From positions 28,706,001-28,770,000 of the forward strand of contig CM120642.1 of NCBI GenBank assembly GCA_051362555.1: DNA of 64,000 nucleotides, given 5' to 3'. The position numbers were made by a program, and so were the translations under genes. The stretch's first letter is position 1; every line of letters starts with the position of its first letter. Below the pieces are notes generated by a model that worked only from the letters and a program-made list of their open reading frames with translations, was not told the DNA's origin and searched no databases. The DNA is from Lingula anatina. Lineage: Eukaryota > Animalia > Brachiopoda. Of this stretch, positions 51,425 to 63,622 are shown in pieces.

Positions 51425-51986
51425 GATCCTGTAGTTTGCTTGATGCACATACAAACACAGATTTCAGTTATTTACTTGCATTCTACTGTCAACAAGTGTG
51501 TGCGCCTGTGTGTGTGCGTGTAGGTGTATGCATGTGTGTATGTAGGGTTACTGATAACAATTTGCCTGTATTAAAGCTGATGGACATACATTAAATGTTA
51601 ATAGTACACAGTTTCATTCAAAAACATAATGCAGGCAAGTTAAAAATGCAATCAAAATATCTAGGCAAAAAGTTGATTCGTAAATTTTGAAACAATGCTG
51701 TCTTTTGTGCAAAACATGGATGCAGACTTGACAAATTTTCATTGCATTTTTAACAAAAAAACTTCAGGCTTGGTTCCATAAATACACACTGAGTATAAAT
51801 ACTTCTATTGCTTTTGAAAAACTGATGCCACTTATGTTTTACCAATGTACAAATTTGACTATAGGTGTCACTGCTGCAGCAAGGATGCTAATTTTTGATA
51901 ATAGATGTCACTACTGCTGCCAAGATGCAAATCTGAAAACCATGCATTACTGTCCTACCCTGTGTTATTATCCACGCAAGTAAGTT

Positions 51987-52080
51987 GTAAACAGATTTTG
52001 GTAACATTTAGAAGACTCGGACTGTAAACAGGAAGTGGTAAACTTAAGATGACCAGGACGATAACAGGAAGTTGTAAACA
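51987..52080. promoter_or_regulatory. Candidate intronic enhancer: clustered Forkhead (GTAAACA) and ETS (CAGGAAGT) motifs
   Basis: GTAAACA at 51987, 52024 and 52074; CAGGAAGT at 52029 and 52065; includes the overlapping GTAAACAGGAAGT. Confidence 0.4.
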
Positions 52081-52735
52081 TTTAGACGACGAGACAATAT
52101 TTCTAACATCTTTCTGTCAATTAAAAATTGAGAGTAAGTGGTTCGATAAATAATATAAGCATTTTGTGGGGATGTGGACTTGACTGTTGTCAATTTATCT
52201 AAATTTAGTCGGAATTTATATCTGGCAATATTTAATACAGACTTGTGAAATAACTTTGTCATATAAAATGCTCTGCTTTATCATTGTGATTATACATGTT
52301 GCTGCTGTATAGGAATAAAAAGTGCAGTTCATTTACAAACCTATGAAGAGAGAAACTATGGCACAAAACAGACAACTGATACATGTTCACCCAAAATGCC
52401 ATACAGGATTGGATGGGGAAAAAAGCTGGCATATGTGCAAATAACTTTCTTTCATTCTCAAAAAAAAGGAGAATATAGCTCAAAAATTAACTTTGTCAGA
52501 TCCACAATGGCTGCTGTATGGTGTATAATAAAATGTAGTCATGGTAACTAAAAAGCAGCAGAATACACAGGGGGAGGGAGTTCATACAAATACGTATCGT
52601 CAAACATATCTTCAGCATTGCCTTAAAAACTGCAAACTGCTCAGTTGATACTTCAAATTAATGTGTCCACTGCCTTTTACATAACATCTGAACTTACATG
52701 TTACCTATTTACCCCTAAAAATTTCTAGAACTCAC

Positions 52736-52931
52736 CCGTTGACCAGATCAATACAGCTTCCGCCATGCAGGCACGGATCTGAGGCACACTCATCGATATT
52801 AGTCTCGCAGTGAATGCCCGTAAATCCTGGCGCACAGTCGCACAAGTAACCATTGACCTGGTCGTCACAAGTTGCGTTGTTCTGGCACGGGTTAGATGCA
52901 CATTCATCTATGTCGATTCTGCATCTTCTGC
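52736..52931 (-). CDS. crb: crumbs exon: two EGF
   Basis: [22 protein letters not shown]...[23 protein letters not shown]|gtgagt donor; phases 1/2. Confidence 0.92.
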
Positions 52932-53260
52932 CTAAAAATTATCATTCTTTTTTCAATAAGAAGAACGGTTACATTAATAAGACTGCAAAGGTCTCAGTAA
53001 ACGAGAAATCTTTAGTGGATTTAACCAAAATCATTCTTGCATACCTGTAAAAGCACAAAACAAATCTTAAATACAAGTAATAAGATGCACCTGACAAAAT
53101 GATAACTTCAGTGTTTGAATCTCTAAGAAACAACTATCAGTAAGTCAGGTGAAAAAAAAAAAAGACAATCTATGAGGAATGGATTACAGAGCCAGGAGCA
53201 CCATCTTCACTCCAAACATTTCACATTTTAAAGAAAATGCCCTTCTAATATAATTTTCAC

Positions 53261-53407
53261 CTGTCCATCCTGCAGAGCAATTACACAAATAGTTTCCAGC
53301 TTCTGCTGCAAGGGGGATGCAGACGCCATCGTTCTTACACACTGGGGGGTCGTCTCTTGCCAGATTTCCACTAGTGCAATAATCCGTCACCTGCTCACAG
53401 TTTTTAC
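53261..53407 (-). CDS. crb: crumbs exon: EGF
   Basis: GKNCEQVTDYCTSGNLARDDPPVCKNDGVC...YLCNCSAGWT; phases 1/1. Confidence 0.9.
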
Positions 53408-53671
53408 CTGTGAAAAACCCAGAACACAATGATAACTAAATAAGATGATCCTAAAATGTGAATTCATTAAAAAAAAAATGGATGTGTGATATGATTTCTC
53501 CAGTTCTGCTAAAAAGTATGGCAAAAGATCACATAAATTAATGTGCTTTAACAACGTGTAGTGCAAAATCTACCAGACTGATGACGAAATTCACTCCAAT
53601 TCCCACTGCATTTCAATCTAAAACATAGGCAAACACAGAAACATTTGAATCACATATCAAACAGGGTTTAC

Positions 53672-53986
53672 CTGAATAATATGCCCCTTTTTCTTGTGAC
53701 GGTGCACAATAGCAGTCAAAGCTGCCGTTCTTATTGCGACAAATGCCATTGTTCAGGCATATCCCCGGCTGGTACTGACATTCATCAATGTCTCTTTCAC
53801 AGTTGGTGCCGTTCCATCCACTGATATAAAACATGTCAGGATTCCCCGTATACTGGGTGAGGTTGAAATAGTTTTGCGTGCAGTTACATGTATAACTGGC
53901 GATACCGTCGACACACCTGGCGCCATTTTGACAGGGGCTGTCGGCGCAGTCATCGATGTTCACAGAACAGTTATCACCAGCAAAAC
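53672..53986 (-). CDS. crb: crumbs exon: two EGF
   Basis: GFAGDNCSVNIDDCADSPCQNGARC...DIDECQYQPGICLNNGIC...GAYYS; phases 1/1. Confidence 0.92.
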
Positions 53987-54414
53987 CTACAGGGAAAGGT
54001 AGGCTATGTAATTATTTGCGTACTTTGTCTTAATAAGTAACATGACTTATAAACATACTTTGCAAGGACAATAAGTAAACAAATTTACAATGATCACCTG
54101 ACAATAGTGATTATGTAATCTAAATAGCACTGATGAGTTAAAATTTTTAAAAAATAGTACATGCCAGATGCTATTCTTACCTGAAAGGAATTTTTAACAT
54201 AACAATCAAATATATCTTTTCTGCATGAACGTATAAAATATACATCTTATGTCCTATGTCATCCTTAATCTGTTAATTATTCTCATCATCATCATCATCC
54301 TTTGCCCTTGGGCAAAATAAAATAAAATAAATCATTTCAATTGACATTAAAGTTTTCATATGTCATAAACAAAAATGGTCATGAAATCAAATACTTAACC
54401 CATGGTCAACTTAC

Positions 54415-54753
54415 CTATTGGACATTGACATTTGTAGGAGTTGACCATATCAAGGCACACCTCGCCATTAATACAGGTGTGGTTGACACAATCATCAATG
54501 TCCGTCTCGCAGTCTGCACCAGTGAATCCCAACACACACATACACGTGTATTCAGGATTCGGAATTATACTGGTGCATGTGGCCCCATTCTGGCATGGAG
54601 AGAAGGAGCATGCGTCGTAAGGTTGTGAGCAGTTTTTTCCCATCCACCCTGAGGTACAGTTACACATGTAGTCGTTGACCTGGTCCACACACGGCGCGCC
54701 ATTCTGACAGGGTCCTGAGGCGCAGTCATCTATGTTGGTCTCGCAGTGAACCC
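54415..54753 (-). CDS. crb: crumbs exon: three EGF
   Basis: GVHCETNIDDCASGPC...YDACSFSPC...DIDDCVNHTC...YKCQCPI; phases 1/1. Confidence 0.92.
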
Positions 54754-55134
54754 CTAGTGTGAAGTACAATAATATTTTACTCATATATGTCATTGATTAT
54801 TGTAAGTGCAGGTGAAATTCATGGACACTAATGAAGAGAAAGGTGGGGTTTTTATGCTTTAGCTTCATGATTTGTCAAAAAATATTTTGTTTTCATTTTT
54901 TTAAATTAAATTTTGCTTGTTTTGGAAATTATTTCCTTAAATGGTCCAAGCATTTGATAGTGCAAAGAGAAGATGGAGAAATAAGATGTGGGAAGTGGTA
55001 ATAATGGTAGTGCTTGTAGAAATCCAATTAAGACAATAATAATTCAATGACAGCATTTGGATGTACACAAAAGACAGAGTAAAAAATAACTGTTAATCAA
55101 GTTTTGGTCATGATTTAGTACTAAGACAACAGAC

Positions 55135-55287
55135 TTCAGAATAGGGGACTAACTAGTCCAAGGGTCAAATATGGCCAACCCACTTAAATACTTCCCCATG
55201 GGATATCTATTCAGTATGTATTAGCAGAATGGACAGCAAGCTTTGTAGTGGGTTGCCATATTTGACTTGTTAGTCCCCTATTCTGAA
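55135..55287. mobile_element. MITE family D, copy 3
   Basis: TTCAGAATAGGGGACTAAC..GTCAAATATGGC / GCCATATTTGAC..GTTAGTCCCCTATTCTGAA. Confidence 0.8.
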
Positions 55288-55314
55288 TTTGGCCTCAGAG
55301 ACAGCAGTACATAC

Positions 55315-55468
55315 CAGTGAACCCGGGTCTACAGACACAGTCGTACATGTTCAATCTATTCTGACAGGTGGCGCCATTTTGGCAGGGGTCAGATTGGCAC
55401 TCATCGACGTCCACCTCACAGTTGACCCCCGTCCAGCCAGCAACACAGTCACAGGTGTAGCCATTCAC
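55315..55468 (-). CDS. crb: crumbs exon: EGF
   Basis: [51 protein letters not shown]; phases 0/1. Confidence 0.92.
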
Positions 55469-55570
55469 CTGGGGATGAAAGTATACACAATAATAAGATC
55501 GCATTATTCACTCATTAAACTAGCCTTATGTTTAGCTGACAACACAGACCTGCAGTCATTCTACTGATAG

Positions 55571-55780
55571 CTAGAAAAGCACTCTTAGGGAGTAGAACTC
55601 CACCGTAGCAGCCCAATCTGTCTTATTGTTAATTAAAAAAGAAATGGATCAACAGCAAAATCTTATTGGTAGTAAGTTAGCCCTTTACTGACCTATTCTG
55701 AAAATTTTATTAAATCTCTTAATAACTTTTTAAATTAGGCTGTTCACTAACAAACCAAAAAAGAAAAATCATAACCTCAA
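55571..55780. mobile_element. Degenerate copy of the 39700 element
   Basis: Shares the CTAGAAAAGCACTC start and an ATAACCTC end remnant. Confidence 0.4.
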
Positions 55781-56189
55781 AAAGTCAGAAAATCACTCAT
55801 CTCATCAAACGCAGAACTGAGATTTCACCGAGCTATGGATATCCAACATCCAAATCATTCGCAGTTATAATCAATTCTATAGTAATATCACTGTCAATCA
55901 AAGCTGATTTAAATGCTCATTATTATAACACTAAAGGGGTCATCCATTTTTATCATCATATTCACAAGTACACGAAGCGTAGACTAATTCCCTACCCCCT
56001 TCCCCTCCAGAGAGTACAAGGTGAAAAGCTAAAATTGTTGACCTTTGACAGCAATTTGGATCATCATTCTTGTTATTTTTCAAAAGCGTACTGAGAGCAT
56101 TAACAACCCCCATTCTTCAGTTTGTAGACTTGTGAAAATGTTGTTAAAAATGCATACTAGTATCCCCTTTATGATATTTGTGACATTAC

Positions 56190-56316
56190 CTGGTCCATGC
56201 ATGTGGCACCGTTCCTGCAAGGACTGCTAGCGCACTCGTCTATGTTGGTGGCACAGGTGGTGCCAGTGTAGCCCGCCGCACATGAACAGGTGTACCTGTT
56301 GATGCCATCAACACAT
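56190..56316 (-). CDS. crb: crumbs exon: EGF
   Basis: [42 protein letters not shown], gtaatg donor; phases 2/0. Confidence 0.92.
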
Positions 56317-56399
56317 CTAGAAAAGTAGAGAACATACTAGTACATTACTTAACTAGTCATGTTTATGTTAGAAGAATATAGAATTATGCTACTGGGTCT

Positions 56400-56587
56400 T
56401 CAACCCGGGAGGGGGGGGGGGGGTCAGGAGAATTTGAAAGGTTTCAAAGAACAAAGAACCCCCTTCTTGCTGGGAAAAGATCTGCGCTGGGTAAAATTTT
56501 ACCTAGGTACATAAAGGTTTCTTGGTAAAAGGTCCACTTTCTCAGAAGAAAAGATGCCCCCTTTGAAATTGCTGACTACCGGCCCAC
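56400..56587. mobile_element. MITE family A, degenerate copy 3
   Basis: Shares the G-run, TTGCTGGGAAAAG, AAAAGGTCCACTTT and TTTGAAATTGCTG blocks. Confidence 0.7.
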
Positions 56588-56926
56588 ATAACAATACTGA
56601 CATATGACATATAAAATCTAAAAACAGATCTTGTGTATAAATAAATTGTGTATAATTTGCGTGTGTATAAAAGACATAAAAGAGAACTAAAATAATTAAC
56701 ATGTTACAATTTGCAGGTAATTCCTGTGCACCTCACTGTCTGAAAGTTATATGAAACAAAATACTTAAACAAACACTTTTGAAATTTACAGATATTTTCA
56801 CTTTCAATTTTTACCTTTATTTAGTACATATGCCATGTTCCACCTTTGTTAATATCATCCATCACAATAATGTTAAAAATACAGGTAGATACTGTGTACT
56901 CATATCAAAGATGCAGGAATACTTAC

Positions 56927-57104
56927 GTGGCTCCGTTACTGCATGGCTGGCCAGCACACTCATCAATGTTCACCTCACAATTGACGCCAGAAAACCCCGT
57001 CACACAGCTGCAGTTGTACGCGTTCAAGAGATTGGCGCATGTTGCATTGTTACGGCATGGGTTACTGGCACATTCATTAATGTCTACACAATTGCTTTGG
57101 TCTC
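56927..57104 (-). CDS. crb: crumbs exon: two EGF
   Basis: [22 protein letters not shown]...[16 protein letters not shown]|gtaagt donor; phases 1/2. Confidence 0.92.
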
Positions 57105-57792
57105 CTGAAGTAAAGATACATTATGAATGCATATCATAGACTTAAATATTTTTTCACCTTACACATGACACATTTGAATTTCATAAATTAAGAGAAAGAT
57201 GGAAGTTTTGAGAGCTAGCATTGCTGTCCACTAATATATGACATAATGTCAAGCAAAAAACTTTTAAAAAATCGATATTTTCCAAGTGCAATATTGCAAT
57301 TTATGCTACAGTAGATGTTGCGGAGGAAAGATCCAGACATGGTGTATCTGGCATACAGACACCATGCGCGAATAGGAGTTACACCATGCTTGGGTCTTTT
57401 GTTCCATAGTTATTACCATTCATCAGCGTAGTATATGTAGCATCTATTATTTCTTCACACTTGTGTATGTCTCATATGACTCACTGACTCACGGCGTATC
57501 TACGACATATTTACTCACAAATTTCCCCACCTGCAGCATCAGTTCATATTAAGATATTGTGAATGTTTGAATTTCTACACGAACTGAAAGCACAGAAATC
57601 GTCCCAACTTTTACAGGTCTGCTACAGTGTAGAAATTGAACAGTTTAAAATTTCCTTAATATGATGCTTTCATCCCAACTTGTACGCATACACTTTCAGT
57701 TAGTGTAAAAAATGAACAGTTTATAATTCCCTCAATATGACTAACAATAATACACAGATCCATTTTTGTCAGTACGTAAATCGGTTACCTAC

Positions 57793-58006
57793 CCGTGAAC
57801 CCCGGGGCGCATTCACACTTGTAGTTCAGTACATAATCTACACATATCACGTTATCTCCGGGACACACGACACCCACGCAGTCATCAAGATTTGTCTGAC
57901 AGTTCTCTCCACTGAACCCCGCCGCACATGTGCACGTGTACGTGTTAAGGCCGTCGTTACATGTGGCACCGTTTAGACAGGGAGATGAGGCACACTCGTC
58001 GACTTC
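57793..58006 (-). CDS. crb: crumbs exon: two EGF
   Basis: [16 protein letters not shown]...NLDDCVGVVCPGDNVIC...CAPGFT, G|gtaggt donor; phases 0/1. Confidence 0.9.
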
Positions 58007-58366
58007 CTGAAAACGGAAAGAAAATTCAGTTGTTCAAGTGGATAAATATTATCTGATAGAAAATATGATTATACATAATGTTTTAAGGGCAAACTAATAT
58101 CATTAAAATGAAAACTGTGTGGAAATATTTTGTGTCTTTCTCACATAATAACTGTATAAAAACTATAATGTAGTCTCCAGTAGCTTCTCTCCATACATAT
58201 AAGTATGCAATAAAATCAGAAAAACAACCTGTTGAAAAACTGCTATGTCAAAGCTGAAGATCTTTGCTTAGTCTAAAATTAAACCACAACAATTTCTATG
58301 AACTGCTGGAGGGTTGCTAAGTTATGTATATGTATTCCTAAAAGTCTAAATATAGTCTTTACATAC

Positions 58367-58506
58367 CCTCTCACAGTTATTGCCATCATAACCTGGGGAA
58401 CAGATGCAGGAGTACGTCCCCTGGTTGTTCTGACAGGTGGCGCCATTTTGACACGGAGAGGCGGAACACTCGTCCATGTCATCGGTACAGTCTTCACCTG
58501 TGTATC
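58367..58506 (-). CDS. crb: crumbs exon: calcium-binding EGF
   Basis: [47 protein letters not shown], gtatgt donor; phases 1/0. Confidence 0.92.
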
Positions 58507-58641
58507 CTGATTACCAGAGAGAAATAGTTGTTACCAGAAAAATATGGGAGAAAATTGAACAAAAATGGATAGGAAACTCATATACAACATTTTTCCTTGG
58601 CTTATCACTATAAATGACTAAACTTAATGAAAGTTGGGTAA

Positions 58642-58808
58642 CAGGGGCAGTCAGAGGCCATCTTCTGGGTCTTCTGGAAGATGGTCAGAATTTTTCTTTT
58701 TACATTGAAGGGCAACTTTTTTTCTGTTGGAAGATGGTCAAAATTGGAGGATGGATCAACAAAAATAATTTGGAAGACTGTCAGAAAATATCTCTGGATC
58801 TGCCCCTA
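58642..58808. mobile_element. MITE family C, copy 3
   Basis: CAGGGGCAG...CTGCCCCTA termini with the same core. Confidence 0.78.
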
Positions 58809-58876
58809 GGAAAGCCTCATCATGAGACAGGATTGCGCTCAGTGGTTGTAAATGTTTGGACATCATATACCTGCTA

Positions 58877-59101
<225 letters not shown>

Positions 59102-59523
59102 TTATGATAAACTCTTTCTAAATCTCTTTTTTTTTTAATTATGAAATCAATTCTTATTCAAAGTCTTTATATAAAAACAGAGGGTAAACAGTTGTTCTGT
59201 AGTCATCTTCATGAATATCTTTTCAACATGCAATATGTCAACTCTTGCAATACAAAATACACTTGCATTAATGAGGCTATCTTGAAAGATAAGTGTACAT
59301 CATACTCATGAGAAATAAATGAATAATTTGAAAAATAATTAAGTCCAAAAATAAAAATAAAATAAGATGACATAAAGTGAAACAATTTAAAAAAAGAACA
59401 ATCAAAACAAAACACACTTACAAAAATGAAAATTAAAATAAAAGAACACATACAATCATAAAATAATAAATAGTACTTTATTCTTCTATCTAATTCCTAC
59501 TTTATTCTTCTATCTTTCCCTAC

Positions 59524-59619
59524 CTGGAACACAGCGGCATTCATACAGCCTGGTCTGACCAGTAACATCCACACATGTTGCACCATTCTTACACAGCCCC
59601 GTCTGGCAGCCACTGGCAC
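59524..59619 (-). CDS. crb: crumbs exon: EGF
   Basis: GASGCQTGLCKNGATCVDVTGQTRLYECRCVP; phases 1/1. Confidence 0.9.
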
Positions 59620-60476
59620 CTGGAGAGATGGAAAGGATACAGGGATTAGATATAGATGTCAGCACTGGCCGAAATACCAGTTATTAAAAAAAAAATTAAA
59701 ATATAAATATTAAAATATGACAGACAAAACTCACAAATGTCTCTGAAAAAAGAACTTCTCTAATTTGAGATTTCTTTTACTTAATTCACAAACAATTGAT
59801 TATAAAACAGAGAATTCATTTTGTCTCACTGATGGCAATTCACATTAATTCATATTAATAATATGACTGTTTTAAACCAGCTGACTGTCAGCCTCAGACA
59901 TGCTGAAAATGTCTGTCCTAACTATCATGACATAAAAAAAATTCAAGGACTGGTAAAAACTTGTTCAGTTGGTCCAACAGTCCATTATTTTATGAGCAAC
60001 TTTTAGAAAAGTTTTAACATAATCAGTAACTTTCTCTAAATATATGTTAAGTTTTCAAAGACCATGAATACATTTAACTATGTACTAGTAATTTTCCTGT
60101 TTGATAGCTTTATTCATACAAGCAGCTTTAGGTGACCCTGACAGCCATGGCACTCAATTTTTTCAATGGGCAAAAATGATCAAACTTTCAGATACATCTT
60201 TTTAAAACCATGTATAGCATTTGTGGTGCTTTTAATATATAGATTAAAACTATAAGGTAGTCTGCTTTCCAATTTTGTTGCCACCACTTAATAAGATAGC
60301 TCTTGTTTTAAGAAATTAAGACTTTAAAAAATACAGTGTCTGTAAAATTCACAACCTTTACCCATTGAAAAGATCGAGGCATTACAGTAGTTATAATATC
60401 AGCTGATCTTTTACTGGAGCATACCAAGTATCACAAAATGTCCCATCCTGCCTACTCCTACTCCTATGTCACTTAC

Positions 60477-60561
60477 CCTCTGCGCTCCCATCAGTCACAA
60501 AAATCATCAACAAAGTCAGTAATGCTGTTGTTTTCGCTGTTATAACGCGACATTGTACCAT
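60477..60561 (-). CDS. crb: Putative alternative first coding exon (signal peptide) of crumbs
   Basis: accATGG Kozak context; MVQCRVITAKTTALLTLLMIFVTDGSAE then G|gtaagt; phase 1 matches the 59619 acceptor; in-frame TGA 33 nt upstream of the ATG. Confidence 0.75.
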
Positions 60562-60747
60562 GGTGTAACTGTGTGACCAAATGTGACAACCTCACTCAAT
60601 ATTGTCCCCTGTCCACAGATCATTACTCATGTCCCCATCTAACCAGCCCTGGATGGGTTGTTGTTGACAAGGGAGTAATTTGCCACAGGTTTACTCAGCT
60701 GAGACACTAAAGGGATTGTTCCACGGGGAGAACAACATGCAATCAAA

Positions 60748-60962
60748 GACCCCATTTCCAGAGACTAGATCGATCTACTTTAGATCGACCTAACTCCCTG
60801 GGGGTTCACGCTAAATAGCTGTAAGCCGGGCGGACACAAAAGTTGATTACCCCCTTACAGCTTGTAGTAGGCGGGACGGACATTTAAGCTGGATTATCTG
60901 ACAGTAATCTAGTGAGACTCCCCACGGGGATAGATCGATCTAAAAGCTCTGGGAATACAGCC
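60748..60962. mobile_element. MITE family B, copy 3
   Basis: Same core TTACCCCCTTACAGCTTGTAGTAGGCGGGAC and TAGATCGATCTA TIRs. Confidence 0.85.
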
Positions 60963-62032
60963 AAAGGCAGCCATGTGAAACCTCCTCTATTTGCTCTTAT
61001 CAACCATGAGCTGTCCTTTCCTATTAGATCTTGTCAGATAACTACAGGTAGCATGCCATCTATTAGTTCTCTGTGAGTATGACTACTGCTTAGTCATTAT
61101 TCCTTTTCATATTACATAAGACACGTTCTTAGATATAATAACAAGGCACAGTCTGTATCAAGCATGTTTACAAATAAGTTCAGTTGAGTTTCAGAAAGTG
61201 TTATAGTCTGAGTTGTCTGGTATACAAACCTGCTCAATTTACAGTTGCACACCATATGCATGTGGGAACTGTTTGATTCTATCTAATTTTTTCCTTTGGT
61301 ATTAAACAATTGCTCCATTTTTATACCAATTAATTACAATGCATACTTTTTTAAAAAACTTTTTAACAACAATTGCAGACATAATGAGTTAAATGTTGTA
61401 AATCTTTTTTTTTCTTACTATAGGCTACTGGATATTTATGCATCCAATGACTTTTCTCATGGAATGATGTAATCAAATATTCATCATCATATTTCTTTTT
61501 TTTTTAAAGCAATTTTGGTACTTTTTTAAAAACAATTTAGGTATTGTATTCAGTGACACTCTAATCCTGATACTAATGTATATTCCCAGGGCCCATTTTT
61601 AAAGAAAAATAAGAACATTTAAAACTTAAACGGAAAAACAAATATTGCCCAGATTAATATCATAATTATCTAAAGCACAGTGCACATTTTTTTAAGACCA
61701 TTACATTTTTTTTTTTTTTGGGGGGGGGGTATAAAATCAGAACCAAATCACTGCTATTATTTTATTTCTACACTGCACTCATAATCCCATTTTTAAAAAT
61801 TTAAATAATCTTTTTAAAAAATATAATTTTGTACTCAATTTCCAAATCTCATCAACAAAACCTTGGTTATACCATTACACTGGAAACAAGAGGAGTCTTA
61901 GTCTGTTAATATGATTGCATTCAGCGAGCCCCCTTGGAATTAGTGCATATATTAGCTAGGTGGACAAAATTCATTGTGAACAGTCCCTCACAAATTGTTA
62001 AGAAATAAAGTATTTGGGCAGACCTAGACAGA

Positions 62033-62327
62033 CAGTGAACCTCCTCTGCCATCTACTGTTGAACTGACTACTTGACTGTGACTGTCTGATGACTGACTCA
62101 TAGCACCCTGAGTTATACAGGGTAAATATACTGACACCAGTGAACCTCTTCTGTCATCTACTGTTGAACTGACTATTTGACTACGACTGTCTGGTGACTG
62201 ACTCCCCACATCCTGTTTTACACAGGGTAAATATACTGACAACAGTGAACCTCCTCTATCATCTGCTGTTGAACTACACGACCATGAATCATCACACCCC
62301 GTGCTACACAGGGTAAATATACTGACA
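62033..62327. repeat. 105-bp diverged tandem repeat, ~3 copies
   Basis: CAGTGAACCTC...CAGGGTAAATATACTGACA units start at 62033, 62138 and 62243. Confidence 0.85.
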
Positions 62328-63493
62328 AAAGCAAGATCTATGTACACAGATGGTGTCTTAAGAAATGAGCATATTGAAACTCAGGGCAAGTGGGTGGATC
62401 ATGATGGAGACACATAAAAAAAAACTTATCAGACGAAAGTAAGCATGCTTCCCAGTGCCTTTTGAATACCCTTCCCTGGTCTTATCTTCTCCATTTCAGT
62501 GTCTGAATTCTATTTTTCTGGTGACTTTTTATTTCCTAAGCTGACTAAAACTAGATGTTCCTGGATTGAGATTTTATTTAAAATAATTCTGCTTTTAAAT
62601 ATTTAAACAAATAATTTTTATAGTTGTATTATTTAAACTTATAGTAATATTTTGGAATTTTTTGAAGCTTCTTAGATGTTCTTCAAAATTTCAAATTATT
62701 TTTATCCAGAAATTTCCCAGCTGAACTTTTTTTCACTATCTCAGCCTGAAATTGTTAGAGCAGGTCAACAGCTGAGAAATGTCTAGCCAGCTTAGAATGA
62801 GGAGAAGGAAGATAAACTTTCTTTTTATCCACAGGGCAAGAGAGACATTTCAAGAGAATGAGCACCTGGTACAAATGGAGGGAAGCAGGAAGCTCTTCCA
62901 ATACAAATCTCCTTACAATCTAGAGTGCTTTATTTACGAAACCACCTACATAGTTATTGCACATTTTATCCAATAATCTAAAGGCAGCCATACTGCTACT
63001 TTGGAAACCAAGGATCTCCTTTTGCAGTCCAGTCCCTTAAATATTTGTGAGTGCTAAGATACCACACACAAACATTACCCTGCCCTGAAAACTAAATGCA
63101 TCTCCTTATCTTGGACCTTTCACAGGCACAGGGATGAAACCCCCGTTTGGTGAAAAAGCTGGAAAATATATTGTGGCAGCCAATGCCAATGGTATTTTTG
63201 GGTCCTAAAGTCCGAAAACTGCCAACAGTCAGAAAAATCTTATCCCTGCATGTAGACTAAAATGCCATGAATGAGAATAAAGATTTAGATTTCTCAAGGA
63301 CTGGTTTCCTATAAGGACCTATCCTTCCCTATGCCAGAAATCACTAAAACATTAACTGGAATTATGGGTTATAGAATGAATTATGGGTTTTAGTACTGTA
63401 TCTACTTAGTTTACAAAACAGGAGCATTTTTCTATCATAAATCCAAAGAACTCTAGATGGCATTTTATTTCATTTTACGTCAATATATCTCAC

Positions 63494-63622
63494 CTAGATC
63501 TGTCTCACAGTTTCTGCCACTGTAAGGAGGGGGGCAGACACAGGTGTAGTTCTTGAATCCGTCCTGACACACTCCAGCATTTTGGCACGGCTGACTCCAG
63601 CAGTCGTTGATGTCAAAGTCAC
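63494..63622 (-). CDS. crb: crumbs exon: EGF (most 5' exon in window)
   Basis: tttcag acceptor; GDFDINDCWSQPCQNAGVCQDGFKNYTCVCPPPYSGRNCETDL; G|gtgaga donor; phases 1/1. Confidence 0.9.
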   Translation of the reverse strand: MTLTSTTAGVSRAKMLECVRTDSRTTPVSAPLLTVAETVRQI

